From: an uncultured Gammaproteobacteria bacterium
GTDB taxonomy: Bacteria; Patescibacteriota; Patescibacteriia; UBA9934; GWF2-40-263
NCBI GenBank assembly: GCA_964616135.1
Contig: CAZTTQ010000001.1
Coordinates: 43,875-107,874, forward strand
DNA: 64,000 nucleotides
Reading direction: 5' to 3'
In this document: in pieces, positions 47,662 to 56,381 of the stretch
Layout: each line of letters starts with the position of its first letter
Position numbering within the stretch: position 1 is the first letter of the stretch
Notes under the pieces: model-generated
What the model was told of the DNA's origin: nothing
The model's database searches: none
Seen by the model: the letters and a program-made list of their open reading frames with translations, nothing else
Position numbers and translations under genes: made by a program

Positions 47662-47735
47662 AAAAATGTCGGATACCTCCGACGACCCGCGGCCGGTTTT
47701 GGTCGTTTCGTAGGACGAAAGGATGTGAAGGCACG

Positions 47736-48422
47736 ATGGGACTGACCCTGCTCTGGGTACTGAACTTTGCCATCTCGTGGTTCAACGCGTGGGCCTGCGG
47801 CCAGGCGTGGAACGAAAGCAAGAAGCAGGGCGGCTTCCCGCATCTGACCAACTGGGCGGGTGCGATCATGTCCGCCAGCGGCTTCAGCTGGTGCTACATG
47901 GTGGTTCTCGCCTGGTTCGGCGCCACGGTGCCGTTCACGGACAAGAAGACCCACGTGGTGTCCACCCTGCTCAGCCAGGCGGACCTGCAGGCCTTCTGCG
48001 ACCTCGGCTACGCCGTGATCGTGATCCCGATCATCGGGTCGGGCCTGATCATCATGCTCGACACGTGGGCGCACTTCTACCGGAAGCGCACCATCGGGAA
48101 CGCCCTGCTCTCCGGGTACAACACCTTCGCCCAGCTGCACAACATGTACAGCGCGGCGCAGCACCTGCCCGGCGTCTTCACGCGGCTCGGAGACTTCTTC
48201 TTCGCCAAGGGCAGCAAGGACGGAAAGGGCAAGCTCATCATCGCCCTCGTCGTCCTCTCCGTGGCGGGCGGCATCCTGACGGCCCGCGCCATCCTGCTCG
48301 CGTCCGCCGGCAGCCGCGCCCGCCGCACCTCCGACGACCTTCACGACGCGGAACGTGAGTTCAAGCGCCGCGAACGCGAACGTGGGCACGCCGCCGGCAG
48401 CGGAGCCGCTTCCGCCGCCTGA
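47736..48422 (+). CDS. Hypothetical multi-TM protein (accessory class)
   Basis: Hydrophobic segments; own promoter, hairpin leader and terminator. Confidence 0.75.
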   Translation: MGLTLLWVLNFAISWFNAWACGQAWNESKKQGGFPHLTNWAGAIMSASGFSWCYMVVLAWFGATVPFTDKKTHVVSTLLSQADLQAFCDLGYAVIVIPIIGSGLIIMLDTWAHFYRKRTIGNALLSGYNTFAQLHNMYSAAQHLPGVFTRLGDFFFAKGSKDGKGKLIIALVVLSVAGGILTARAILLASAGSRARRTSDDLHDAEREFKRRERERGHAAGSGAASAA

Positions 48423-48427
48423 AACGC

Positions 48428-48467
48428 AATCCCCGCCACTCCGATCTGGAGCCGGCGGGGATTTTTT
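48428..48467 (+). terminator. Repeated terminator, cluster 3 copy 2
   Basis: CCCCGCCACTCCGATCTGGAGCCGGCGGGGATTTTTT. Confidence 0.85.
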
Positions 48468-50325
48468 ATTCCGCAGAAGCGACGCGCAGCGCGTTCAAGA
48501 TGACGACGACGTCCACCGCCTCCTGCAGGATGGCGCCGTAGAGCGGCGGGAGATATCCGGCCGCGGCGACGCCCATGAGGAGAAACGACAGCGCCATGCC
48601 GAGTTGGATACCGCCGACGGCGACGCTCACCGTGCGTTTGGCGATGGCGCGGACTTCCGCGACCTTGTGTACGTCGTCCAAGGTGATGACGATGTCCGCC
48701 GTTTCCGCGGAGGCGGCGGATCCGTTCGCCCCCATCGCGATACCGACGTCGGCGGCAGCCAGCGCGGGCGCGTCGTTCACGCCGTCGCCGACCATGGCTA
48801 CCGCGCCGCGGGTTTGGAGCTGGGCGATCCGCTTCACCTTGTCGCCCGGCAGGCATTCGGCAAACACGCGGCTGACGCCCGCTTCTTTTGCCAGGGCCTT
48901 TGCGACGGTCTCTTTGTCGCCGGTGAGCAATTCCACGTCCTTTACGCCCGCGCGGCGCAGTTCCGCGACGAACGCGGCCAGTCCGGGACGGGCCTTGTCC
49001 GAAAACGAGATGGATCCGCGGAGCCGGTTCCCTTCTGCCAAATATACGGTGCGGATGCCGCGGGACTTTTTCTTTTCCGCGTCCTTTGCCAACGCCCCCG
49101 GGATGGCGACGCCTAATCCCTTGAGGAAGCTGAGGCGGCCGAACGCGTACGTCTTTCCGCCCAGGCGGCCGGTGACGCCGCGGCCCACGTCTTCCTTAAA
49201 GCGTTCCGGGAACGGCAGAGCGAGTCCGCGCTCTTCTGCCTGAGCCGTCAGGGTGCGGGCCAATACGTGGGACGATCCCTGGTCCAAGGACGCGGCGAGG
49301 CGCAGTACGTCTTCTTCCGAGCCGTATTCGGCGGCAATCCCGCGTACGACCGGCGTGCCGAACGTGAGCGTGCCGGTCTTGTCGAAGACGAACGCGCGGG
49401 CGCGGGCCAATACCTCCAAGGCCCCTCCGTGCTTCACGATGATACCCCGGCCCGCCGCCCGGCTGATGCCGGAAATCATGGCGATCGGCGTGGCCAGGAT
49501 AAGCGGGCACGGCGTGGCCACCACTAGCACGGCCAGCACGCGCGTCGGATCGCCGGAAACCATCCACGCCCCCGCGGCCACCAAGAACGTGACGAGGGTG
49601 AAGAATCCGCTATACCGGTCCGCCAGGCGCACGAGCGGCGCTTTTTTGCTTTCCGCCTCCTGCACGAGCGTCACGATGCGTCCGTATTGGCTTTCCGCCG
49701 CGTTGGAGAGCGCGCGGACGGTCAGAAGCGATCCGCCGTTGACGGCGCCGCCGGGAATGCGGCTGTGCGGCGCCACGTCCATGGGCAGTGATTCGCCCGT
49801 CAGGCGCGATGCGTCCATTTGTCCCGTCCCTGCGATGACCACCGCGTCCACCGGCACCACGTCACCCGGTTTAACGGCCAAGCGGTCGCCCGCCTTTACC
49901 TGTTCTACCGGCACGTTTTTCACTTTGCCGCGCACGTACAGGTGCGCCACGGTCGGCGCGGCGGACAACAGCGCCCGGAGCGATCGGCGCGCACGGACGA
50001 GCGCATACGCTTCCAGCGCTTCGCCGCCAGAAAGCATGAGCAAGATGACGCAGCCGGCCACCCACTGGCCGAAGAAGGCCGCCGCGCCCATGGCCGCGAC
50101 CGCGATCACGTCCACGCCGAACCGGCCCTTTGTGAGCTGGCGCAACAGACCGGCTGCCGCGGGGATCCCGCCCGCCGCCAGGAGCAGGACGAACGCCGGC
50201 AGCGCCGCTTCCGCTCCTGATCGGGACTGCCAAGCCAGCGCCGCTCCAAACCACAACGCGAACACGACCGGTTGCACCAAGGCGTGCGCGGCGCGGGAAC
50301 GCTCCTCCTGAGCCTGCTGTTTCAT
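48466..50325 (-). CDS. Heavy-metal P1B-type ATPase (PCP/QExxD, P1B-5-like)
   Basis: LTGES, ATPCPL, DKTGT, GDGVND, QEAVD. Confidence 0.92.
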   Translation of the reverse strand: MKQQAQEERSRAAHALVQPVVFALWFGAALAWQSRSGAEAALPAFVLLLAAGGIPAAAGLLRQLTKGRFGVDVIAVAAMGAAAFFGQWVAGCVILLMLSGGEALEAYALVRARRSLRALLSAAPTVAHLYVRGKVKNVPVEQVKAGDRLAVKPGDVVPVDAVVIAGTGQMDASRLTGESLPMDVAPHSRIPGGAVNGGSLLTVRALSNAAESQYGRIVTLVQEAESKKAPLVRLADRYSGFFTLVTFLVAAGAWMVSGDPTRVLAVLVVATPCPLILATPIAMISGISRAAGRGIIVKHGGALEVLARARAFVFDKTGTLTFGTPVVRGIAAEYGSEEDVLRLAASLDQGSSHVLARTLTAQAEERGLALPFPERFKEDVGRGVTGRLGGKTYAFGRLSFLKGLGVAIPGALAKDAEKKKSRGIRTVYLAEGNRLRGSISFSDKARPGLAAFVAELRRAGVKDVELLTGDKETVAKALAKEAGVSRVFAECLPGDKVKRIAQLQTRGAVAMVGDGVNDAPALAAADVGIAMGANGSAASAETADIVITLDDVHKVAEVRAIAKRTVSVAVGGIQLGMALSFLLMGVAAAGYLPPLYGAILQEAVDVVVILNALRVASAE

Positions 50326-50403
50326 GCGGCCCAGTATAGCGCGTCTTCCCACCCCACCCCAAACCCTGGCGGAATACGGGGATCTCGCCTACACTTCCCC
50401 CGT

Positions 50404-50913
50404 ATGCGTCTCCCTACGAGAAAATCAGAAACCGACCGTATCGCCCTCCAGGGAGAACCGGACCGCTTCCTTACGCCGGAGACCATGGAACGGATGCGGC
50501 GCCAAATTTACGACCTGGAAACCGTCCAGCGCCCGTCCGCTAAGTTGGAGCTGCAAAAAGCGCAGGAAATGGGCGACTTGTCCGAAAACTTCGGCTATCA
50601 GGAAGCCAAACGCCGGCTGCGCAACATCAATGACCGCATCGTGATGCTGGAAGAAAAGCTCAAAGTTGCCGTCCCGATCCACGCCGGGTCTGAAGACGGC
50701 AAAATCCGCATCGGTTCCACGGTCACGGTGGAAACCGGCGGCAAGGAGACCGAATACATGATCGTCGGTGCGCAGGAAGCCATGCCGCTCCGTCGCAAGA
50801 TTTCGTATCTGTCGCCGCTTGGTGCGCTCCTTATGGGCAAATCCGCGGGCGACGTCGTGACGGTCAAAACCGAACGCGGCGACGCCGTCTACCGCATTTT
50901 GTCGGTCGCGTAA
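50404..50913 (+). CDS. GreA/GreB family elongation factor paralog
   Basis: GDLSENFGYQEAK; ISYLSPLG. Confidence 0.88.
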   Translation: MRLPTRKSETDRIALQGEPDRFLTPETMERMRRQIYDLETVQRPSAKLELQKAQEMGDLSENFGYQEAKRRLRNINDRIVMLEEKLKVAVPIHAGSEDGKIRIGSTVTVETGGKETEYMIVGAQEAMPLRRKISYLSPLGALLMGKSAGDVVTVKTERGDAVYRILSVA

Positions 50914-50943
50914 AACAACAGACCCCTCGCGGGGTCTGTTGTT

Positions 50944-51741
50944 TTATCCGTACATCCACACACCGAGCGCATCCGACAAGCGGCCGTACCAGGCGGACAG
51001 TGCCGGTCCCCAAAAGAGGACGGCCGTGCCGGCCGCCACCAGGAACGGACCGAACGCCATGGTCGACGTGCGCATCAACCGGCCCGCGGCGATCAGGCAA
51101 AGCGCCACGGCCGCCCCGCCGACGTACGCAAGCAGGAGCGCGGCCAGGATGCCGGGGAATCCCAGTAGGACGCCCAAGGCGAGACCGATCCATGCGTCGC
51201 CCAGGCCGACCCATTTCCCTTTGGAGAGGAAATGCTGCGCGGCGAAGAACCCGACGCCGACCAACGCCCCCGCCGCCACGGACGCGGGCGCCATGCCCAG
51301 CATGAGCTGCGCCGGCACGAGCGCGGCGGCAGATCCGACCATAAGGAGCGGTGACACGTCCTGCCGCAACGCGTCCGTCAGGAAGGTGTACGTGAACACG
51401 CAGAGGACGAACCAGTTCCGCAACAAGGCAAGTTCATTGCCGTCCGCCGCCAGGAATGCCAGGACGAACAGGACGCCGAGCACCGCCTCCACGACCGGAT
51501 ACCGCCACGGGATCAGGCCCTTGCATCCCGCGCACTTCCCCCGTAACGCGATCCAGGAGAATACCGGGACCAGTTCCATCGGCCCCAGCGCCTTGCGGCA
51601 CGCGTTGCAGGCCGACCGGCGGAACGGGGACGACGGTCCGTCCGCGCACGTATGGACGAAGCTGCCGAGCGCGGCGCCGAGCAATCCCGCCAACGCGAGG
51701 ACGGACGGCGAGGACGAGAGGAGGGAGAGAAGTTGGGCCAT
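50944..51741 (-). CDS. pilD: Prepilin peptidase (A24)
   Basis: GSF..RSACNAC..LRGKCAGC..YPVVE; GLGD; AFGPFL. Confidence 0.9.
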   Translation of the reverse strand: MAQLLSLLSSSPSVLALAGLLGAALGSFVHTCADGPSSPFRRSACNACRKALGPMELVPVFSWIALRGKCAGCKGLIPWRYPVVEAVLGVLFVLAFLAADGNELALLRNWFVLCVFTYTFLTDALRQDVSPLLMVGSAAALVPAQLMLGMAPASVAAGALVGVGFFAAQHFLSKGKWVGLGDAWIGLALGVLLGFPGILAALLLAYVGGAAVALCLIAAGRLMRTSTMAFGPFLVAAGTAVLFWGPALSAWYGRLSDALGVWMYG

Positions 51742-51742
51742 A

Positions 51743-52282
51743 TTAGGCGGCGTCCTTCAACAGCGCGCGGAACCGGTCGCGCAGCTTGTCCATTTTAGGA
51801 TTGATGACCAGGCGGCAGTACGCCTTGTCCGGGTTGTTTTGGAAGTACTGGCGATGATACGCCTCGGCCGGATAGAACGCCGGGAGCGGGGCGATTTCCG
51901 TCACGACCTTCTTTCCTTCCTCATTCAACTTGGAGACGAACGCCTCCGCGGCCGCCTTTTGCGCCCGCGTCGTGTAAAAGACGACGGATCGGTACTGCGT
52001 GCCGATATCGTTTCCCTGCCGGTTCAATGTGGTTGGGTCGTGCGTGGCGAAAAACACCGTCAGCAGGTCGTCAAAGGCGACGACTGCGGGGTCGAATTCC
52101 ACACGCAACACCTCCGCGTGGCCCGTTTCACCCGTACAGACCTGTTCGTACGTCGGGTTTGGCACCGATCCGCCCGCGTAGCCGGGCAGGACGGACGTGA
52201 CGCCCTTCAGTGATTCGAACACCGCCTCCGTACACCAGAAGCACCCGCCGCCGAACGCGACCGTCTCCAACATGGAAGCCAT
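51743..52282 (-). CDS. msrA: Peptide-methionine (S)-S-oxide reductase
   Basis: GGGCFWCTE, GYAGG, RQGNDIGTQYRS, AEAYH. Confidence 0.96.
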   Translation of the reverse strand: MASMLETVAFGGGCFWCTEAVFESLKGVTSVLPGYAGGSVPNPTYEQVCTGETGHAEVLRVEFDPAVVAFDDLLTVFFATHDPTTLNRQGNDIGTQYRSVVFYTTRAQKAAAEAFVSKLNEEGKKVVTEIAPLPAFYPAEAYHRQYFQNNPDKAYCRLVINPKMDKLRDRFRALLKDAA

Positions 52283-52316
52283 AGTGCCCGGATTATCGCA
52301 TATCGTCCGCGCAAAC

Positions 52317-52342
52317 GAAAACGGCCCTGATGGGGCCGTTTT
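52317..52342. terminator. Bidirectional terminator
   Basis: AAAACGGCCC-TGATG-GGGCCGTTTT. Confidence 0.8.
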
Positions 52343-52362
52343 GTATCCGTACTTCCGTCGCG

Positions 52363-52428
52363 TTACTTCTTTCCCTCTTCCGGCGGAGCCAGCTTCTTGC
52401 CTTCTTCGGGCGGGGCGATGAATACCAT
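52363..52428 (-). CDS. 21-aa microprotein MVFIAPPEEGKKLAPPEEGKK
   Basis: Peptide repeat with only synonymous DNA differences; own terminator; TGGACG-N17-TACCCT upstream. Confidence 0.6.
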   Translation of the reverse strand: MVFIAPPEEGKKLAPPEEGKK

Positions 52429-52562
52429 AGGATGAGGTTGGTGAATGAATAAACGCGTCTTCAGCACGGCGTTAAGCCGTAGAACGAGGGTACGCCGAAA
52501 ACGGCCCCGCGTCCACCGTTTATGGGGACAAAAAACTTGCGGGAAATCCCCCGTTCTGCCTC

Positions 52563-53762
52563 TTACCATCCCGCCAGCGTACGCAGCTCGTTTCGCCTGG
52601 TTTCAAAGGCTTGACGCGCGTCCGCCTTTATGGGGTCTCCCGCCGGAAATTCGACCTCCAGCGGGTTCACCAATTTGCCGTTGTACGAAACCTCGTAGTG
52701 CAGGTGGGGTCCGGTCGAAAAGCCCGTGGACCCGACGTAGCCGATGACCTGCCCTTGGCTGACCGTACTTCCCTTCTTGACGCCCTTGGCGAAGGCGGAC
52801 AAGTGCGCGTAGTTGGTGCCGTACGTGTCGTTGTGGCGGATCTTGACGAAGTTCCCGTAGCCGGCGGAATTCCATCCCGCGAACGTGACGACGCCGTCAC
52901 CGACGGCCTTGACCGGCGTCCCGACGGCGGCCGCGTAGTCGATGGCGCGGTGCGGCGCGGTCTTTTGGGTGACCGGGTGGAAACGCGCGTACGTGAACCC
53001 GGACGTGATGCGGTTGAAAGCGAGCGGCGCCTTCAGGAACGCGCGCACGAGCGAGTTGCCGTCCGCGTCGTAGTAGCCGCCCTTGCCGTCCTGCTCAAAC
53101 CAAAACGCCTCTTGGCGCTTCCCGGCGTTGGTGAAGCTTGCGGCCAGCACGCGCCCGACGCCGGCGTCCTTGCCGTCGCGGGTCCGCGTCTCGTACAGCG
53201 TCTGGAACGTGTCTCCTACGCGCGTCTGCGTGGCGAAATCGATCGTCCAGGCGAACGCCTCGGCCATCTCCAGCACGGCGATCTCCGGGATGCCGGCGTC
53301 CAAGGCGGACACGTACAGCGACGAGTCGATGGTGCCGGACCCGGTTTTGAGCGCCACGTCGTAGGCGATGGGTTCCTCTTTGGCCGTCCAGGCGTCGCCC
53401 GCCGGTTCCGCGACGACAACGCGCGCGTTGTCCGGCTCGTACGAAATGGAGAGCAAGGCGCCGTCCAGGGATTCGGTGCGGACCAAGGCGCGGCCGACGC
53501 GCACGCGGGTGAAGTCGTACACGTCCGCGGCCGACGCGGCGAGCGCGATGGCCTGCGCGTACGACAGCCCCAAGTCCTGGGCCGCGACGGCGAAGGTCTC
53601 GCCTTCCCCGATGACGTGTTCCTTCCGCACGGTGCGCGGCGCCTCGGGCACGACGGGCGCCGGAACCGAAGCGGCGGGCGAAACGGACGCGGGTCGCAAG
53701 AACCAAACGCTCCCGCCGACGAGCAGCAAGGCGGCGGGAATCGCGAGATAGGCGCGGCGCAT
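52563..53762 (-). CDS. M23 endopeptidase (MepM-like)
   Basis: FLKAPL..RITS; HRAIDY; YAHL; STGPHLHYE. Confidence 0.9.
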   Translation of the reverse strand: MRRAYLAIPAALLLVGGSVWFLRPASVSPAASVPAPVVPEAPRTVRKEHVIGEGETFAVAAQDLGLSYAQAIALAASAADVYDFTRVRVGRALVRTESLDGALLSISYEPDNARVVVAEPAGDAWTAKEEPIAYDVALKTGSGTIDSSLYVSALDAGIPEIAVLEMAEAFAWTIDFATQTRVGDTFQTLYETRTRDGKDAGVGRVLAASFTNAGKRQEAFWFEQDGKGGYYDADGNSLVRAFLKAPLAFNRITSGFTYARFHPVTQKTAPHRAIDYAAAVGTPVKAVGDGVVTFAGWNSAGYGNFVKIRHNDTYGTNYAHLSAFAKGVKKGSTVSQGQVIGYVGSTGFSTGPHLHYEVSYNGKLVNPLEVEFPAGDPIKADARQAFETRRNELRTLAGW

Positions 53763-53826
53763 AGCCGCCCTACGATACCAAACCGCGCGCGAACAAACAA
53801 AACGGACCCCGAAGGGTCCGGTTCGC

Positions 53827-54270
53827 TTAGATCAGGTTTACGTCCTGAACCACTTCCTTGCCGCCTTCTTCCTCATCTTCGCCGTCTTCGTCGATGTCCT
53901 CCGTGAGGGCTTCGATCAGGGCGTCGAGCTTTTCTTCAATGCGGGCCAAGCGGGCTTCTACCTTGCCCAAGTCCAGGCCGGCGGACGGACGGGACTGGTA
54001 GGCCGGGCGTTCCGCGCGGTCGCCGCCGAAGGACGGGCGGTCGAACGAGCGCTTCGGGCCGGAAACCATGCCCTGGTCGTCTTTCTTGAAGCAGTTGCGG
54101 CAGTAGACCGGCTTGGAACCGTTCGGAATGAACGGGACCTGGCACATGTCGCCGCAGCCGTCGCACTTGGCGTCATGCTTCGGGCGGTCCTGGAATCCAC
54201 CGTAACGGCGTCCGCCGTTGCTAAAGCCACCGGCGCCACCACCACGATTGTCGCGAAAATTATTGTACAT
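53827..54270 (-). CDS. CxxC-x17-CxxC domain protein
   Basis: CDGCGDMCQVPFIPNGSKPVYCRNCF flanked by RGG-rich segments. Confidence 0.85.
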   Translation of the reverse strand: MYNNFRDNRGGGAGGFSNGGRRYGGFQDRPKHDAKCDGCGDMCQVPFIPNGSKPVYCRNCFKKDDQGMVSGPKRSFDRPSFGGDRAERPAYQSRPSAGLDLGKVEARLARIEEKLDALIEALTEDIDEDGEDEEEGGKEVVQDVNLI

Positions 54271-54386
54271 ATTGGAATTCGCGAAGGATAGCGGAATCCG
54301 CGCGAAAAGTCAATGGCCGGAGGCCTTATTCGAACAAATGGCGCGGACTGGGGCGTTTTGGCGGGACGACGGGCGACTCCGCAGGG

Positions 54387-54797
54387 TTACGCTTTGCGTA
54401 CGACGGCGTTAAAGGCGGCGGACGCTTGCTCCGGCGGAATGCCGAACTTGCCCAACTGCTTGATGACCTTTTCTTCCTTGGCGCAGTTGCCGCAGAAATT
54501 GGAGACGTTGCGATCCAACCCGACGTGCGCGTACAGGTCACGCCAGACGGCCAGGCGGTCCATGAACTTTTTTACCGAACCGAGGCTGGATTTCCACAGC
54601 GTGCCGTTCAGGCCGAAGCGCCAGTGCGCCCACAGCTGGCCGAAATGCATCACGTCGCCCCACTCTTCCTTCATCCCCGCCTTGTTCCACTTAACGACCT
54701 CCACGGCGAATTCAACCACCTCCGCCCACACTTCTTTGAAGCGGACGCGGTCTTTTGACGTGAACTTCTCGATGTACTCCCGGATGGTCATGTCCAT
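54387..54797 (-). CDS. Hypothetical protein (MazG-like EExxD helix)
   Basis: Coding-like codons; MKEEWGDVMH. Confidence 0.55.
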   Translation of the reverse strand: MDMTIREYIEKFTSKDRVRFKEVWAEVVEFAVEVVKWNKAGMKEEWGDVMHFGQLWAHWRFGLNGTLWKSSLGSVKKFMDRLAVWRDLYAHVGLDRNVSNFCGNCAKEEKVIKQLGKFGIPPEQASAAFNAVVRKA

Positions 54798-54836
54798 ATG
54801 GCGGCCATGGTACGATATCGCAAACGTTTCGCCCAT

Positions 54837-55229
54837 ATGCCCAGTATTCCCGCCGACCTTCGCAAGGCCCTTGCGGCTAACCCTGTAGTCGCGGCCAAGT
54901 GGAAGGACCTTACGCCCGTCTCCCGCCGGGACTTCACCCGTTGGATCGAAGGGGCGAAGCAAGAAGCGACCCGCAAGCGCCGCGTCGTGGTCGCGTGCGA
55001 CAAACTGAAGCGCGGCGACCGCCGCCCGTGCTGTTACGCCGTGGTCCCGATGCCGCTCTACCGCGCCCTGGGCGCCAACCCAAAGGCCAAAGCGGCGTGG
55101 AGCGCCCTTTCCGCCGACCACAAGCGCGACCTGGTCGACTGGGTCGAATCCCCCAAGCCGCCGGAGACGCAAGCGGACCGGATCAAACAAGCGTGCGTAA
55201 AACTCGCCACTGGGAACGTCCGTGCGTAG
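54837..55229 (+). CDS. YdeI/OmpD-associated family protein (two repeats)
   Basis: IPADLRKAL..WIEGAKQEATR and a second copy. Confidence 0.8.
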   Translation: MPSIPADLRKALAANPVVAAKWKDLTPVSRRDFTRWIEGAKQEATRKRRVVVACDKLKRGDRRPCCYAVVPMPLYRALGANPKAKAAWSALSADHKRDLVDWVESPKPPETQADRIKQACVKLATGNVRA

Positions 55230-55261
55230 ACAAAAACCGGCCTGATGGGCCGGTTTTTGCG

Positions 55262-55495
55262 TTAGTTCTTCCACCGTGGGGCAAATCGGACGCTCCAGGC
55301 AAACAACGACGCGAGCAACGGGTGCATGCCGTTTTTGACCATACCTTGGCGGCACACCTCTTGAAACCCCTTCAGGTCACCCTCATAGCACAACCTTCCG
55401 TCCTTAAAGCAGTAGCTGCAATACCGCGGGTCTTCACGCTTCCCGAGGTCCTTTGCGAACGGCATGAGGCAGCTTTGGCAGGCATTTTGGTTCAT
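55262..55495 (-). CDS. Putative zinc-ribbon protein
   Basis: CQSCLMP..YCSYCFKDG..APRW. Confidence 0.8.
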   Translation of the reverse strand: MNQNACQSCLMPFAKDLGKREDPRYCSYCFKDGRLCYEGDLKGFQEVCRQGMVKNGMHPLLASLFAWSVRFAPRWKN

Positions 55496-55502
55496 ATGGC
55501 AA

Positions 55503-55928
55503 CTAGGAATTTTGATCAAACTCCACGGTCCATTCAATCCCGAACTTGTCGCGGAACATGGCAAAGGAGGTTCCCCACGGACTTGCAGCCATCGGCATCT
55601 CTACCGCGCCGCCTGCCGAGAGGCCGTTGAAAATCCGTTCCGCTTCTTCCTTACTGTCCACCGTGACGGAGATCTTGCTCCGGTTTTCATTTTCATTGAC
55701 CGGTCCCAAGAAACTGGGAACGTCGTTGGCGATCAACGTGTTGTTCCCAATGGGCAACACGATGCGCATGATCTTGTGTGCGTCCGCGTCCCCTACCGGA
55801 AATTCAGGACCCGCGATGTCTTTGAATCGAATGATCTTGCCAAACTCGCCACCGAATACGGATTTGTAAAAGGTAAACGCTTCTTCTGCGTTTCCATTGA
55901 AGTTGATCCACGGGTTGATGGAGGGCAT
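55503..55928 (-). CDS. VOC/PhnB family protein
   Basis: INFNGNAEEAFTFYKSVFGG; DKFGIEW. Confidence 0.88.
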   Translation of the reverse strand: MPSINPWINFNGNAEEAFTFYKSVFGGEFGKIIRFKDIAGPEFPVGDADAHKIMRIVLPIGNNTLIANDVPSFLGPVNENENRSKISVTVDSKEEAERIFNGLSAGGAVEMPMAASPWGTSFAMFRDKFGIEWTVEFDQNS

Positions 55929-55933
55929 AGGCG

Positions 55934-56374
55934 TTATTCAAGGTTGAGCGCGCGTGTCGGTTTCATGATGGCAAGCGGGTCTGTTTTCCACGCGTCGGAA
56001 ACGTCCGCGTACAGTTCAAGCTCGTTTCCGTCCGGGTCCAGGATGTAGATGCTGTGCGTCACGCCGTGGTCGCCCGTGCCGATGATGGGCACGCCTTTCT
56101 CCTTCAGCTCCTTGTACGCCTGCTTGGCGGCTTCCGGCCCGTCGCCGATCTTGAAGCCGATGTGGTACAGCCCGGGCTTGGTTTCTTCCTTGCGTTCCGG
56201 TTCCCCGCCCACTTCCAGCAGCAACATTTCATGGTGCGTGCGCCCGGCGGAAAACGCCGCCGCTCCCGGCCGGCGCGTCAGTTCCTGAAACCCAAGCGTG
56301 TCGCGGTAAAAATCCGCGGAGCGCTGCAGGTCGCTCACGAAGAGCACGACATGGCCGAGTTCGAGGATGTGCAT
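55934..56374 (-). CDS. VOC/glyoxalase family protein
   Basis: LGHVVL, GLYHIGF, DHG..SIYILDPDGNELELY. Confidence 0.88.
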   Translation of the reverse strand: MHILELGHVVLFVSDLQRSADFYRDTLGFQELTRRPGAAAFSAGRTHHEMLLLEVGGEPERKEETKPGLYHIGFKIGDGPEAAKQAYKELKEKGVPIIGTGDHGVTHSIYILDPDGNELELYADVSDAWKTDPLAIMKPTRALNLE

Positions 56375-56381
56375 AGAAATT

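Noticed and set aside
47662-47735. Hammerhead ribozyme in the leader (CGAAA hairpin)
   Set aside because: No CUGAUGA core on either strand; treated as an ordinary hairpin leader.
29090-50913. Second Gre factor as an inactive or inhibitory variant
   Set aside because: Both copies retain the acidic DLxE tip residues, so an ordinary paralog pair is sufficient.
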